Below are positions 51,659 through 60,593 of a stretch of DNA of 64,000 nucleotides, piece by piece. The notes beneath the pieces are model-generated. The model was not told where the DNA came from, searched no databases, and was given only the letters and a program-made list of their open reading frames with translations. Made by a program: the position numbers and the translations under genes. The stretch spans positions 15,750-79,749 of the forward strand of contig JAZSRB010000008.1 of the NCBI GenBank assembly GCA_045538275.1. Direction: 5' to 3'. Each line of letters starts with the position of its first letter. The first letter of the stretch is position 1. This stretch comes from Akkermansia sp. (lineage in GTDB: Bacteria; Verrucomicrobiota; Verrucomicrobiia; Verrucomicrobiales; Akkermansiaceae).

Positions 51659-52543
51659 ATGGCCAGGCAAGCATTAGGAAAAGGGCTCGGCGCCCTCATC
51701 ATGAAGAAGCAGGAGACATCCACACCTCCCGCTAACGTTGTGGCAGATACCGACCGCGTCATCGTTGCCAATGTGAAGGACATCAAGACCTCTCCCTTCC
51801 AGCCGCGCCGCCATTTTGATGACGAGCTGATTGCCGAACTTGCCGCCTCCATCAGCGAACGAGGGCTTCTCCAACCCCTCGTGGTTCGCAAGGTAAATGG
51901 TTCTTTCGAGCTCATTGCCGGTGAACGACGTCTGCGCGCCGTCACCAGCCTGGGGAAAACAACCGTCAAGGTAGTTGTTCACGAAGCCTCTGACCAGGAG
52001 GTAGCAGAACTCGCCCTCATTGAAAACCTGCAACGCGCCGACCTCACCCCGTTGGAAGAGGCGGAGCAATACCGCCTGCTGCAGGAAAAATTCGGCATGA
52101 AGCAGGAAACCATCGCCCAGCATGTGGGTAAATCCCGTGCAGTGGTAGCCAACATGGTGCGTCTGCTCGAACTGGCCCCGGAGGTACGCGGGCTGCTCGA
52201 CCAGCAGCAGATTACCGTAGGCCATGCCAAGGTGCTGCTGCAGCTTAAGAACGCAGACAAGCAGACCCTGGCCGCACACCGCGTGGCGCGCGGCACCCTC
52301 ACCGTGCGCCAGACCGAGCAACTGGTGCGCAACATGCTTTCTCCCGAGGTTGTTCAACCCAAGGAAGAACCCACCCTGCCCCCGGCCTACGCCCGCGTAT
52401 GCTCCCAGCTCTCGCGCGACTTCGGCACAAAAGTCAACATCTCCATGAAAGGCAAGAACAACGGCGTTATCGAAATTCCCTACGCCGGTCGCGAGGACCT
52501 TGTGCGTATTCTCCAGATTTTCGGTATCAGCGAAAACCTGTAA
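51659..52543 (+). CDS. parB: ParB/Spo0J chromosome partitioning protein
   Basis: LGKGLGAL N-terminus, QPRR.F, GLLQPLVVR, IAGERRLRA, IENLQR.DL and HTH GKSRAVVAN. Confidence 0.96.
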   Translation: MARQALGKGLGALIMKKQETSTPPANVVADTDRVIVANVKDIKTSPFQPRRHFDDELIAELAASISERGLLQPLVVRKVNGSFELIAGERRLRAVTSLGKTTVKVVVHEASDQEVAELALIENLQRADLTPLEEAEQYRLLQEKFGMKQETIAQHVGKSRAVVANMVRLLELAPEVRGLLDQQQITVGHAKVLLQLKNADKQTLAAHRVARGTLTVRQTEQLVRNMLSPEVVQPKEEPTLPPAYARVCSQLSRDFGTKVNISMKGKNNGVIEIPYAGREDLVRILQIFGISENL

Positions 52544-53454
52544 TGTGCCGCTTACTACCCTTCCTCTTTCTGCTCTGCAGCTGCGATGATGCCCCACCCC
52601 CGGCGGCACCGCAGAGCGCACCGCCGGCCCCTGCCCCCCTGGTGAACACGCCGGAGTTCAGCGGCCACAACGCCTATGCCCACTGCGCGGTCATCTGCGC
52701 CCTGGGGCCTCGTTACAGCGGTTCCCCGGCATATGAAAAGCAACTCCAGCATCTGGAGCACCACCTTCATGCTATGGGGTGGCAGACAGAGCGAAACACC
52801 TTTTCTGCCCCCAATGGCATCAAGATGTGCAATCTGAGAGCTTTCCGCAGCCCCTCACCGGCTCTGCTCCTGCTCAGCTGCCACATTGACACCAAAACCG
52901 GCATTGCTCCCGACTTTCAAAGCGCAGATGACGGAGCCAGCGGTGCAGCCGTACTCCTGGAGCTGGCGCGTACCCTCGAAGATGACCGCGTGGAACTCAT
53001 TTTCCTGGATGGCGAAGAATCCTTCGCCCCCCGCATGAGTGAGACAGATGGTCTCTACGGTTCGAAATTTGATGTTGCGCGCCGCGGCAGTGCCTTGCCG
53101 CGCTGGCAAATTAACCTGGATATGGTCGGCGGGCGCAACAAGACCATCGCCGTTCCGGCGCTGGATACTTCCGATTTCATGTACGCGCAATACACAGCCG
53201 CAGTGCAGAAACTCGGTTTCAGCGAAACAAGGTGGACTGCCTGGCCCGGCTCCTATCTGGATGACCATGTACCCTATCTTGAAGCCGGGGTGGACAGTCT
53301 GAATCTCATAGCCCACTTCTCCGGCAGCAACTGGTGGCACACCACGCGCGACAACATGAGCCGCATCTGCCCCCGCTCCCTGCGCGAAAGCGGCTTGCTT
53401 ACACAGCAGCTCATCAAGCAGCTGCTCAGCGCAGATTCCGCAAGCGCTCAATAA
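52543..53454 (+). CDS. M28 family metallopeptidase/glutaminyl-cyclase-like lipoprotein
   Basis: Lipobox LCSC, HIDTK, DDGASG, DGEE, NLDM and DDH. TAATG overlap with parB. Confidence 0.85.
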   Translation: MCRLLPFLFLLCSCDDAPPPAAPQSAPPAPAPLVNTPEFSGHNAYAHCAVICALGPRYSGSPAYEKQLQHLEHHLHAMGWQTERNTFSAPNGIKMCNLRAFRSPSPALLLLSCHIDTKTGIAPDFQSADDGASGAAVLLELARTLEDDRVELIFLDGEESFAPRMSETDGLYGSKFDVARRGSALPRWQINLDMVGGRNKTIAVPALDTSDFMYAQYTAAVQKLGFSETRWTAWPGSYLDDHVPYLEAGVDSLNLIAHFSGSNWWHTTRDNMSRICPRSLRESGLLTQQLIKQLLSADSASAQ

Positions 53455-54184
53455 GCTGCTGCGGCACAGCGGCACGCTCCGCCGCCGTATTCAGCGGCAG
53501 CGTATGCGTCAGCACACCGGCGGCATCATAAACCATCAGCACAAGTTGCTTATTAGCCCCATGCAGCACGAGAATGCCGGCAGCATCCTTGAACTGCAGC
53601 GTCACCTCACCGGCCTCGCCCAGCATCCAGCCACGCCCCTGTGGATTCGCATCTCGAGCCAGATGCCGTATCGCCTGCAGATGCTCAGTCACTTCCGCTG
53701 GCACAAGCCCGGCAGGCAGCGCCGCAAGCTGAGCCACTACCTGCTGCCGGCGCTCCCGCATAGCTTTACGAATGGACGGCTCCACCACCAGCGGGCGCAG
53801 CATGCGGTCACCGCCGACTGCAGCTCCGGGATTCGCAGCCCCACCATACTTGCGTACCGGGCGCTCTGCCAAGGTAATCTGCAGCACACGCCGCTTCCCA
53901 TTCTGCAACGTCTCCACCGCCAGCACATTGCCGGGAGCCTGAGTCCGCAGCACAGCCCGCATCTCCTCACGCGAATGCACGGGCGCACCATTCAATGCTA
54001 CTATCACATCTCCCACCTGGAGTCCGGCATCACGCGCCGGGCTGGCAGGGTGCACAGCCTGCACCACCACCCCTTCCGGAGCTGCCGCCGAAACCACACC
54101 AAACATCACACGCGGTTTCTCTGCTGCCAGCGCTGGCAGCAGCATTGAGCAAAACAACAAACTTCGCACCACTTCTTTCATCAC
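53426..54184 (-). CDS. Secreted PDZ-domain protein
   Basis: Signal peptide and PDZ motif (GVVVQAVHPASPARDAGLQVGDVIVALNG). No protease catalytic domain recognised. Confidence 0.85.
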   Translation of the reverse strand: MMKEVVRSLLFCSMLLPALAAEKPRVMFGVVSAAAPEGVVVQAVHPASPARDAGLQVGDVIVALNGAPVHSREEMRAVLRTQAPGNVLAVETLQNGKRRVLQITLAERPVRKYGGAANPGAAVGGDRMLRPLVVEPSIRKAMRERRQQVVAQLAALPAGLVPAEVTEHLQAIRHLARDANPQGRGWMLGEAGEVTLQFKDAAGILVLHGANKQLVLMVYDAAGVLTHTLPLNTAAERAAVPQQLIERLRNLR

Positions 54185-54720
54185 AAATACTCCTCCTCTA
54201 CTTCTACCTCCGTTTTGTTCGGCACGCGGATAACCGTCGTAGTTCCATCAGCATCCAGCACAAAAGCATCCTCGTAAATCACCTCATAGCGGCGCACCGG
54301 GGCTTCGCCGTGCCGCCACTCCACTCGTTCCATGCTGCGGGAATCAATAATATTCCGGCTCATCAGGCCCTGGTTATCCCCCTCCGCCACGGCACTACCG
54401 GGCATAAGCAAAGCACCACTCACCACACAAAGCAGCATTGCCGCCGCCGCAACAGCGCTACCACCCAGCCAATAGCCCTTGCGGCGCGTTCTGCCGGCAT
54501 TCCGGCCAGACTCCACGTACATCTGCACACCCAGCTGCCCCACCAGCCGTGCAGGCATAGCTGCCGGCTTCAGGCGGCGCAGCAACTGCTCTACCTCCCG
54601 GCATTCATGCTCCTCATCAGAGGCCTGCTGCATAGCTGCCAGCAAGCGGCCCTGCAGGCCTGCAGGCATAGCGGCGGGCCTTGTGGCTACGGTCTCAAAA
54701 TCTGTTGTGGATGTTTTCAT
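54181..54720 (-). CDS. Putative anti-sigma factor (single TM)
   Basis: Duplicated cytoplasmic PAAMPA.L motif, one TM segment and a short periplasmic tail. Lies directly after the ECF sigma gene. Confidence 0.65.
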   Translation of the reverse strand: MKTSTTDFETVATRPAAMPAGLQGRLLAAMQQASDEEHECREVEQLLRRLKPAAMPARLVGQLGVQMYVESGRNAGRTRRKGYWLGGSAVAAAAMLLCVVSGALLMPGSAVAEGDNQGLMSRNIIDSRSMERVEWRHGEAPVRRYEVIYEDAFVLDADGTTTVIRVPNKTEVEVEEEYL

Positions 54721-54723
54721 GAT

Positions 54724-55281
54724 TCAGCGTTCTATGGGGTTGGCCTCAAGTTCCTTGCGCAGCGTCTGCAGCGCATAGCGATAGCGAGAGGTTATAGTGG
54801 CTAATTTATTGCCGGTCATATCAGCAATCTGCTGGAAAGTGTGCTCACCCCAGATATGGAGCACAACCACCTCCGCAAACTCTGACGGCAGCTTTCGCAA
54901 CAGGGATTCCAGACGCTCCCGCAGATACTCATCATCCGCTGCACTACTCAGCCATGGTGTTTCCTCCACCCCCTCGCGCAGCGTCTCCTGCTGGGCGGTG
55001 GCATAACTGCGCCGCACCTGTTCGCGGCGGCCGCGGTCCATAGCCAGGTGGCGAATAGCGGTGTAGGCATACGCGCGCCACTGGTTCTGTTCTCCGGCAA
55101 ACGAACCTCCTTCCACCGCATGCACCAGCTGCACCAGCGCCTCCTGCAGCACATCCTCTGCATCAGCCTCGCTGCGGCATTGCTGGCGGGCATACAGCAG
55201 CAACTGCGGACCATACTCTGCCAGCCAGGCCGACCAGTCGATACGCGCCGCGGCACTCTCTGTGGGGGAATGGTGTTTCAT
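54724..55281 (-). CDS. ECF-type RNA polymerase sigma-70 factor
   Basis: AEDVLQEA, AYAYTAIRHLAMD (region 2) and LP.E.AEVVVL......TFQQIA......ATITSRYRYA (region 4). Confidence 0.92.
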   Translation of the reverse strand: MKHHSPTESAAARIDWSAWLAEYGPQLLLYARQQCRSEADAEDVLQEALVQLVHAVEGGSFAGEQNQWRAYAYTAIRHLAMDRGRREQVRRSYATAQQETLREGVEETPWLSSAADDEYLRERLESLLRKLPSEFAEVVVLHIWGEHTFQQIADMTGNKLATITSRYRYALQTLRKELEANPIER

Positions 55282-55343
55282 TTCCTTTATACACTAAGCG
55301 GTTGTTGACCCTTGTTTTATCTTAACTCGCACCACTTTGCCAG

Positions 55344-55387
55344 AAAAAAAGCACAAAGGACAACGTTAAATTGCCCTTTGTGCTTTT
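55344..55387 (-). terminator. Terminator after aspS
   Basis: aaaagcacaaagg/cctttgtgctttt stem with an A-tract on the + strand. Confidence 0.75.
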
Positions 55388-55405
55388 ATCAAATTAACAG
55401 CTCTG

Positions 55406-57253
55406 TCAACCCTGCTGCTCTGCAGCAGCCTTTTCGGCTTCCAGTTTCTGGCGCAGTTTCTCTGGCAGCTTCACCTGGATATGCACATCGCGCAGCTGGT
55501 TGGGTTCTGCCGGGGCGGGAGACTCGCTCATGAGATCGGCGCCGCGGTTGTTCTTCGGGAAGGCGATCACCTCACGGATGGACTCGCACTTGCCGATAAG
55601 CATGACCACGCGGTCCAGACCGAGAGCCAGGCCACCATGGGGCGGAGCACCGAAAGAGAAAGCAGCCAGCAGGTGGCCGAACTGCTCCTGAATGGTGGCA
55701 TCGTCCAGACCGAGAGCGCGGAAGGTAGCGTCCTGGAGCTCCTTCTCGTGGATACGGATGGAACCGCCGCCCAGCTCGTTACCATTGAAGATAACATCAT
55801 AGGCCTCGGCGCAGATATCGGTCGAAATCTCACCCTTGAGCACTTTTTCCACATCCTCCGGCACCGGGCGGGTGAAGGGATGGTGAATAGCGCAGAAACG
55901 CTGCTCCTCCTCGTCCCAGCCGAAGAGCGGGAAGCGGTTCACCCAGAACAAATCCACCTCATCGTTACCCTTGAGAATCTCCATGAAATCCGCACAGGCC
56001 AGACGCACACGCCCCAGAATGGTGCAGCTCTGCTCCCAGTTACCGGCAGCAAAGAACACGCAGTCGCCGCTCTCGATGTTGAGGCGCTCCTTCAGAGCCT
56101 CAATCTCGGCATCGGTCAGGCGCTTGGTAATGGGGCTCTTCCAGCCCTCGCGGTCGTTCACGTCGCGCACCTTGATGTATGCCAGGCCCTTGGCACCAGC
56201 CTCAATGGCGGTCTGAGTGAGGGAATCAATCTGCCCCACAGAAGGGTTGAAGCCCTTGGCGTTGATAGCCTTCACCACGCCACCGGCTGCCACAGCGCTG
56301 GAGAACACGCGGAAATCGCTGTTGGCAAAAATATCGGAACACTCTGTAATCTTCATCTCGAAGCGGCGCTCCGGCTTGTCGGAACCATACTGGTCCATGG
56401 CATCGTGCCAGGTCATGCGCGGGAACGGCGTCACGATATCGCGCCCCACACTCTCCTTGAACACGCGCTTGAGCATCGCCTCAATCCAGCCGTAAATATC
56501 CTCCGGGGTAATGAAGGAGGCCTCAATATCAATCTGCGTGAACTCCGGCTGGCGGTCTGCGCGCAGGTCTTCATCGCGGAAGCAGCGGGCCACCTGGAAA
56601 TAACGCTCCATACCGGCCACCATGAGCAGCTGCTTGTACTGCTGCGGGGCCTGCGGCAGGGCGTAGAATGCACCGGGGGTCAGGCGGCTGGGCACCAGGA
56701 AGTCGCGGGCGCCCTCCGGGGTGCTCTTGGAAAGAATCGGGGTTTCAATCTCCAGGAACCCCTGCTCGTCCAGATAATCGCGCATGGTTTTGGTGATGCG
56801 GTGGCGCAGAATCATGTTGCGCTGCATCACCGGGCGGCGAAGGTCGAGGAAGCGGTACTTCAGGCGGATATCCTCATTGGCTATGTTGCGGTCAAGCTGG
56901 AACGGCAGCACCGCTGCCGGATTCAGCACCGTGAGAGCCGTTGCCTCCACCTCAATCTCACCCGTTGCCAAATCAGGGTTCGTGGCGTCAATCTCGTCTG
57001 TCTTGAGACGGCGCACCACCTTGCCGGTCACCTGAATCACGGTCTCCACGCGCAGCGCCTCAGCCTGCTGCGCCAGATTCGCGTCAATCTCCGGGTGGAA
57101 AACTACCTGGGTCTTGCCGGCACGGTCGCGGAGGTCGATGAAAATCACACCGCCGTGGTCGCGCACGGTGTCCACCCAGCCAACCAGCGTCACAACCTGG
57201 TCTACATGAGCGGGGCGGAGCTCATCGCACGTATGGGTACGGTAACTATTCAT
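55406..57253 (-). CDS. aspS: Aspartate--tRNA ligase, probably non-discriminating
   Basis: YRTHTC, RDHGG (His variant), GARDFLVP, LPQAPQ, FRDEDLRADRQPEFTQ and GAPPHGG.ALGLDR. Confidence 0.97.
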   Translation of the reverse strand: MNSYRTHTCDELRPAHVDQVVTLVGWVDTVRDHGGVIFIDLRDRAGKTQVVFHPEIDANLAQQAEALRVETVIQVTGKVVRRLKTDEIDATNPDLATGEIEVEATALTVLNPAAVLPFQLDRNIANEDIRLKYRFLDLRRPVMQRNMILRHRITKTMRDYLDEQGFLEIETPILSKSTPEGARDFLVPSRLTPGAFYALPQAPQQYKQLLMVAGMERYFQVARCFRDEDLRADRQPEFTQIDIEASFITPEDIYGWIEAMLKRVFKESVGRDIVTPFPRMTWHDAMDQYGSDKPERRFEMKITECSDIFANSDFRVFSSAVAAGGVVKAINAKGFNPSVGQIDSLTQTAIEAGAKGLAYIKVRDVNDREGWKSPITKRLTDAEIEALKERLNIESGDCVFFAAGNWEQSCTILGRVRLACADFMEILKGNDEVDLFWVNRFPLFGWDEEEQRFCAIHHPFTRPVPEDVEKVLKGEISTDICAEAYDVIFNGNELGGGSIRIHEKELQDATFRALGLDDATIQEQFGHLLAAFSFGAPPHGGLALGLDRVVMLIGKCESIREVIAFPKNNRGADLMSESPAPAEPNQLRDVHIQVKLPEKLRQKLEAEKAAAEQQG

Positions 57254-57380
57254 AATAAACGCATTAGAAAATTGAATACAGACAACGCTCCCGGATAAGA
57301 ACGCAGCGGCGTTCATTCTACGCTTTCTTACTCAATTGTCAAGCCGTTTTTAGCCCCACTTGCGGCATGATTAATCAGAT

Positions 57381-58382
57381 TTATTCAGACGCCGCCGGGG
57401 CTGCAACGCCGGAGCAGCGGGGGCAGGCTTCCACCCGGTGGCCGGGGGCAATTTCAACCATGGGGGGGCGCTCTGTCAGCTCCTCCACCGGGATTCCCAT
57501 GCGCTGGCAGAAACGGCAGCCCTGCACCTGGTGGCGGATAGAGGCCACATGCCCGGGAATGGAGGGCAGCAGGGTCTTGCGCACATAATCGCGGCGGGGA
57601 ATAGCCGCCAGCAGGGCCTTGGTGTAGGCATGCACCGGGTTGGCGAAGAGTTCCTCCACCGGGGCGCTCTCCACAATGCGCCCGGCATACATGACCAGCA
57701 CGCGGTCGCAGTGCTGGGCAATCACCCCCAGATCATGCGTAATGAGGAGGGATGACGCCCCCAGGTCCTCATGCAGCTCCCGCAGCAAATCCAGAATCTG
57801 CTGCTGCACGGTGACATCCAGCGCGGTGGTAGGCTCATCGGCAATGATGAGAGCAGGACGACACGCCAGAGCCATAGCAATGACCACACGCTGGCGCATC
57901 CCGCCGGAAAGAGAGCCCGGGTACTGGTTTGCGCACAGGGCAGCGCTGGGAATCTTAACACGGTTGAGCAGGTTGATAGCCTCCACCCAGGCGGCCTCAG
58001 ACGTCAGCCCGCGATGCAGCATGAGCGTTTCGGCAATCTGGTCACCGATGGTATGCACCGGGTTCAGCGCACTCATTGGCTCCTGAAAGATGATACCGGC
58101 ATGTCCGCCACGCAGTTCACGCAAGCGCCGGGGAGACATTTTGACCACATCTTCCCCGTTGAAAAGAATCTCGCCGGCAATAATCCTGCCATTCGGCTGG
58201 GGCAGCAAACGGGCCAGACTCATGGCGGTTACGCTTTTACCGCAGCCGCTTTCTCCCACAATTCCCACACACTTACCACGAGGGATGGTGAAACTGATAT
58301 CATCCACAGCGCGGGAAAGGCCACGTTCAGTCTCGAACGCAATGGTCAGGTTCTTCACTTCCAGCAAATGATCAGTACTCAT
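57381..58382 (-). CDS. Peptide ABC transporter ATP-binding subunit (OppD-like)
   Basis: GESGCGKS, FQEPMSALNP, LSGGMRQRVVIA and DEPTTALD. Confidence 0.93.
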   Translation of the reverse strand: MSTDHLLEVKNLTIAFETERGLSRAVDDISFTIPRGKCVGIVGESGCGKSVTAMSLARLLPQPNGRIIAGEILFNGEDVVKMSPRRLRELRGGHAGIIFQEPMSALNPVHTIGDQIAETLMLHRGLTSEAAWVEAINLLNRVKIPSAALCANQYPGSLSGGMRQRVVIAMALACRPALIIADEPTTALDVTVQQQILDLLRELHEDLGASSLLITHDLGVIAQHCDRVLVMYAGRIVESAPVEELFANPVHAYTKALLAAIPRRDYVRKTLLPSIPGHVASIRHQVQGCRFCQRMGIPVEELTERPPMVEIAPGHRVEACPRCSGVAAPAASE

Positions 58383-60592
58383 GGTGCAACGGGGGGGGCA
58401 ACAGGCAAAGGTATCTCTAAATCAGTCTCCGGGAAAACCTTATCCGAATGGCGGGCACGCATGGTCTTGGCCTTCATGCGTTCATCAATCCAGTACAAGT
58501 GGCTGTCCAGCGGGTCGTAGTAACGGGGCGGGCAAAAGCGGCATTCCGGTTCATCAGGCCAGCGCAGCCAGCGCCACTGAGCAAAACGCCAGTATGAAGT
58601 AGTCCACCCCGGCACCCAGGCAAGAGTAGAGGCAATGAGCTGCTGGGCTTTGTGGTGTGCCGCCACGGCCTCCTGCTCTGTGGTGGCAGCCTTGCAAGCC
58701 AGAATGGCGCGATCCAGAGAGGGCGAGTGCGTAGCGGTAATGTTGGATGTTCCAGGCATGGGGGCGCCATCGTCCTTAAACGCATAGGCTGAATCAAAGA
58801 ACGGCGCAGGATCCGGCAGCGGTGGCGAGAATCCCCAGGAGAAAATGGCCGCCTGATACTGCTTGGATTTGATGCGGGAGTACAGCACGGTGTCATCAAT
58901 CTGCTCCAGGCGCAAGTCCAGGCCACAGCGGGCAGCCTCCTCGCGCAGTATATTCATACAGTTGGTGTAGAGCGGGTCGATACGGCTGCTGAGTACCACT
59001 TGCAGACGCGTGCCATCCGGCTTGCAGAGAATACCATCCGGGCCTTCCTCAGTATATCCGGCGCGGGCAAAGTTTGCACGTGCTTTTTCCGGCTCAAACG
59101 GGAGCGCCTTGATACTTTCATCCGTATACTGCCCGAAGCCGGAGAAATACGATCCCAGGCGCGTGTAATCGCCTCGGAATACAGTATCCAGCACAGCCTG
59201 CACATTCAGCGCATGGTGAAACCCGCGCCGCATTGATTTATTGTTAAACGGCGGCTGGGAGCAATTCAGGTGGAAACCAAAGCAATTACGCGGCCAGATA
59301 TTGCTGAAATGCACGCGCTGAATCAGCCCGCGGTGCGCGGCATCCATCTCCAGCCCCTCGTACCAGAAATCTGCCTCTCGGGCATTGAATACATCCAGCT
59401 GCCCCAGGCGGAACAGCTCGCGAATCTTAGTCCCCTCCGATACAAACTGGTACACGATATGATCCACATTGCAGGAATATCGCGTATACTTGCGGTCAGC
59501 CGCCCACCAGTCGGGCACACGAATCAGGCTCACCTGACGGCCCATAATCACATCATACGGGTTCACCGTGTAACCGCCGGTGGTAGGCGCCACACGCCAC
59601 AGATAGCGTGTGGGATAATCCGGGCCGAATTCCGCGAAGAACGAGGTGCAGCTGGCCGGCACAGATGCATAGAACGGCGCGTACGGCCGTGCCGCCGCCA
59701 GGGTCACAGCCAAATATTGGTTGCCGTATATCTCTATACGCGAAAAATTTCCCATATAGTAGTCATTATAAAATGGTTCCACACTATAGGGAGAGGTACG
59801 CACAAAAAGAGAGGTCACAAAATCACGCGTTGTCAGGCGCGAGCCATCCGTAAAACGTGCCTTTTCGTCAATATGGAAGTATACCGTGCGGCCATCTTTG
59901 GAAACAGCCCAGCGGTCTGCCGAGCCGGGAATCAACTTACCTGTGCCGGGGTGCAGACGAATCAACGGCAGGTCAATATCATCATATATATAACGGCGGA
60001 ACGCATTATTGCTGTTCGGGCCGAACATCCGGAACGTACTGGGGAATGAGCGCTGCAGCGCCAGGCGCAGAGTACCGCCTTTCACCGCCTTGGGACTGCC
60101 CAGCTCCGGCTGGTCCATTCCGTCGTGCCACTCCAGATCCTCCGGCAGCTGGTTTTCGCGCAGAAACAACAGGTAATCCCCCTGCCCTTTGCGCCGACTC
60201 AGATTCATCAGGTTCGGCCAGGTGTTCAGGAAACGCATCCTGGCGCGATACCGGTGCGTGCTGCCAGGGGCAGAGGTCAGGTACTGCACCATGGACGCCT
60301 CACAGGTAGCGCGGTTCTCCTCCAGGTTTGTCTGCACATAATCACGCACCTGTGCATTCCATCGCGCCGGGAATCCGGCAAAGCCCGGCGGCATGTGCCA
60401 ACGTTTCGTGTACATCGGCACATCCGCATTTTCTGAAAATCCCAACGGCAACGTCAAATCCGACGGCGCGCGCCACTCCAACCCCAGAGCTGTACCATCA
60501 TCATCACACCCGGTCAACAAAAGCGCCCCCGGCAGCACGGCTAGTCCGAGCAGCAGGGTGCGGGTCACTTTTCTCAGGGTGCGAATCATCAT
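58379..60592 (-). CDS. Peptide ABC transporter substrate-binding lipoprotein (YejA-like, family 5) with N-terminal extension
   Basis: Lipobox LTGC, P.AVKGG, HPGT..LIPG.A..W, FHID..ARFTDG..LT..D and P.F.NK..R.G. Confidence 0.88.
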   Translation of the reverse strand: MMIRTLRKVTRTLLLGLAVLPGALLLTGCDDDGTALGLEWRAPSDLTLPLGFSENADVPMYTKRWHMPPGFAGFPARWNAQVRDYVQTNLEENRATCEASMVQYLTSAPGSTHRYRARMRFLNTWPNLMNLSRRKGQGDYLLFLRENQLPEDLEWHDGMDQPELGSPKAVKGGTLRLALQRSFPSTFRMFGPNSNNAFRRYIYDDIDLPLIRLHPGTGKLIPGSADRWAVSKDGRTVYFHIDEKARFTDGSRLTTRDFVTSLFVRTSPYSVEPFYNDYYMGNFSRIEIYGNQYLAVTLAAARPYAPFYASVPASCTSFFAEFGPDYPTRYLWRVAPTTGGYTVNPYDVIMGRQVSLIRVPDWWAADRKYTRYSCNVDHIVYQFVSEGTKIRELFRLGQLDVFNAREADFWYEGLEMDAAHRGLIQRVHFSNIWPRNCFGFHLNCSQPPFNNKSMRRGFHHALNVQAVLDTVFRGDYTRLGSYFSGFGQYTDESIKALPFEPEKARANFARAGYTEEGPDGILCKPDGTRLQVVLSSRIDPLYTNCMNILREEAARCGLDLRLEQIDDTVLYSRIKSKQYQAAIFSWGFSPPLPDPAPFFDSAYAFKDDGAPMPGTSNITATHSPSLDRAILACKAATTEQEAVAAHHKAQQLIASTLAWVPGWTTSYWRFAQWRWLRWPDEPECRFCPPRYYDPLDSHLYWIDERMKAKTMRARHSDKVFPETDLEIPLPVAPPVAP

Positions 60593-60593
60593 T

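Noticed and set aside
51480-51660. parS site upstream of parB
   Set aside because: No match to the GTTTCACGTGAAAC-type palindrome was seen.
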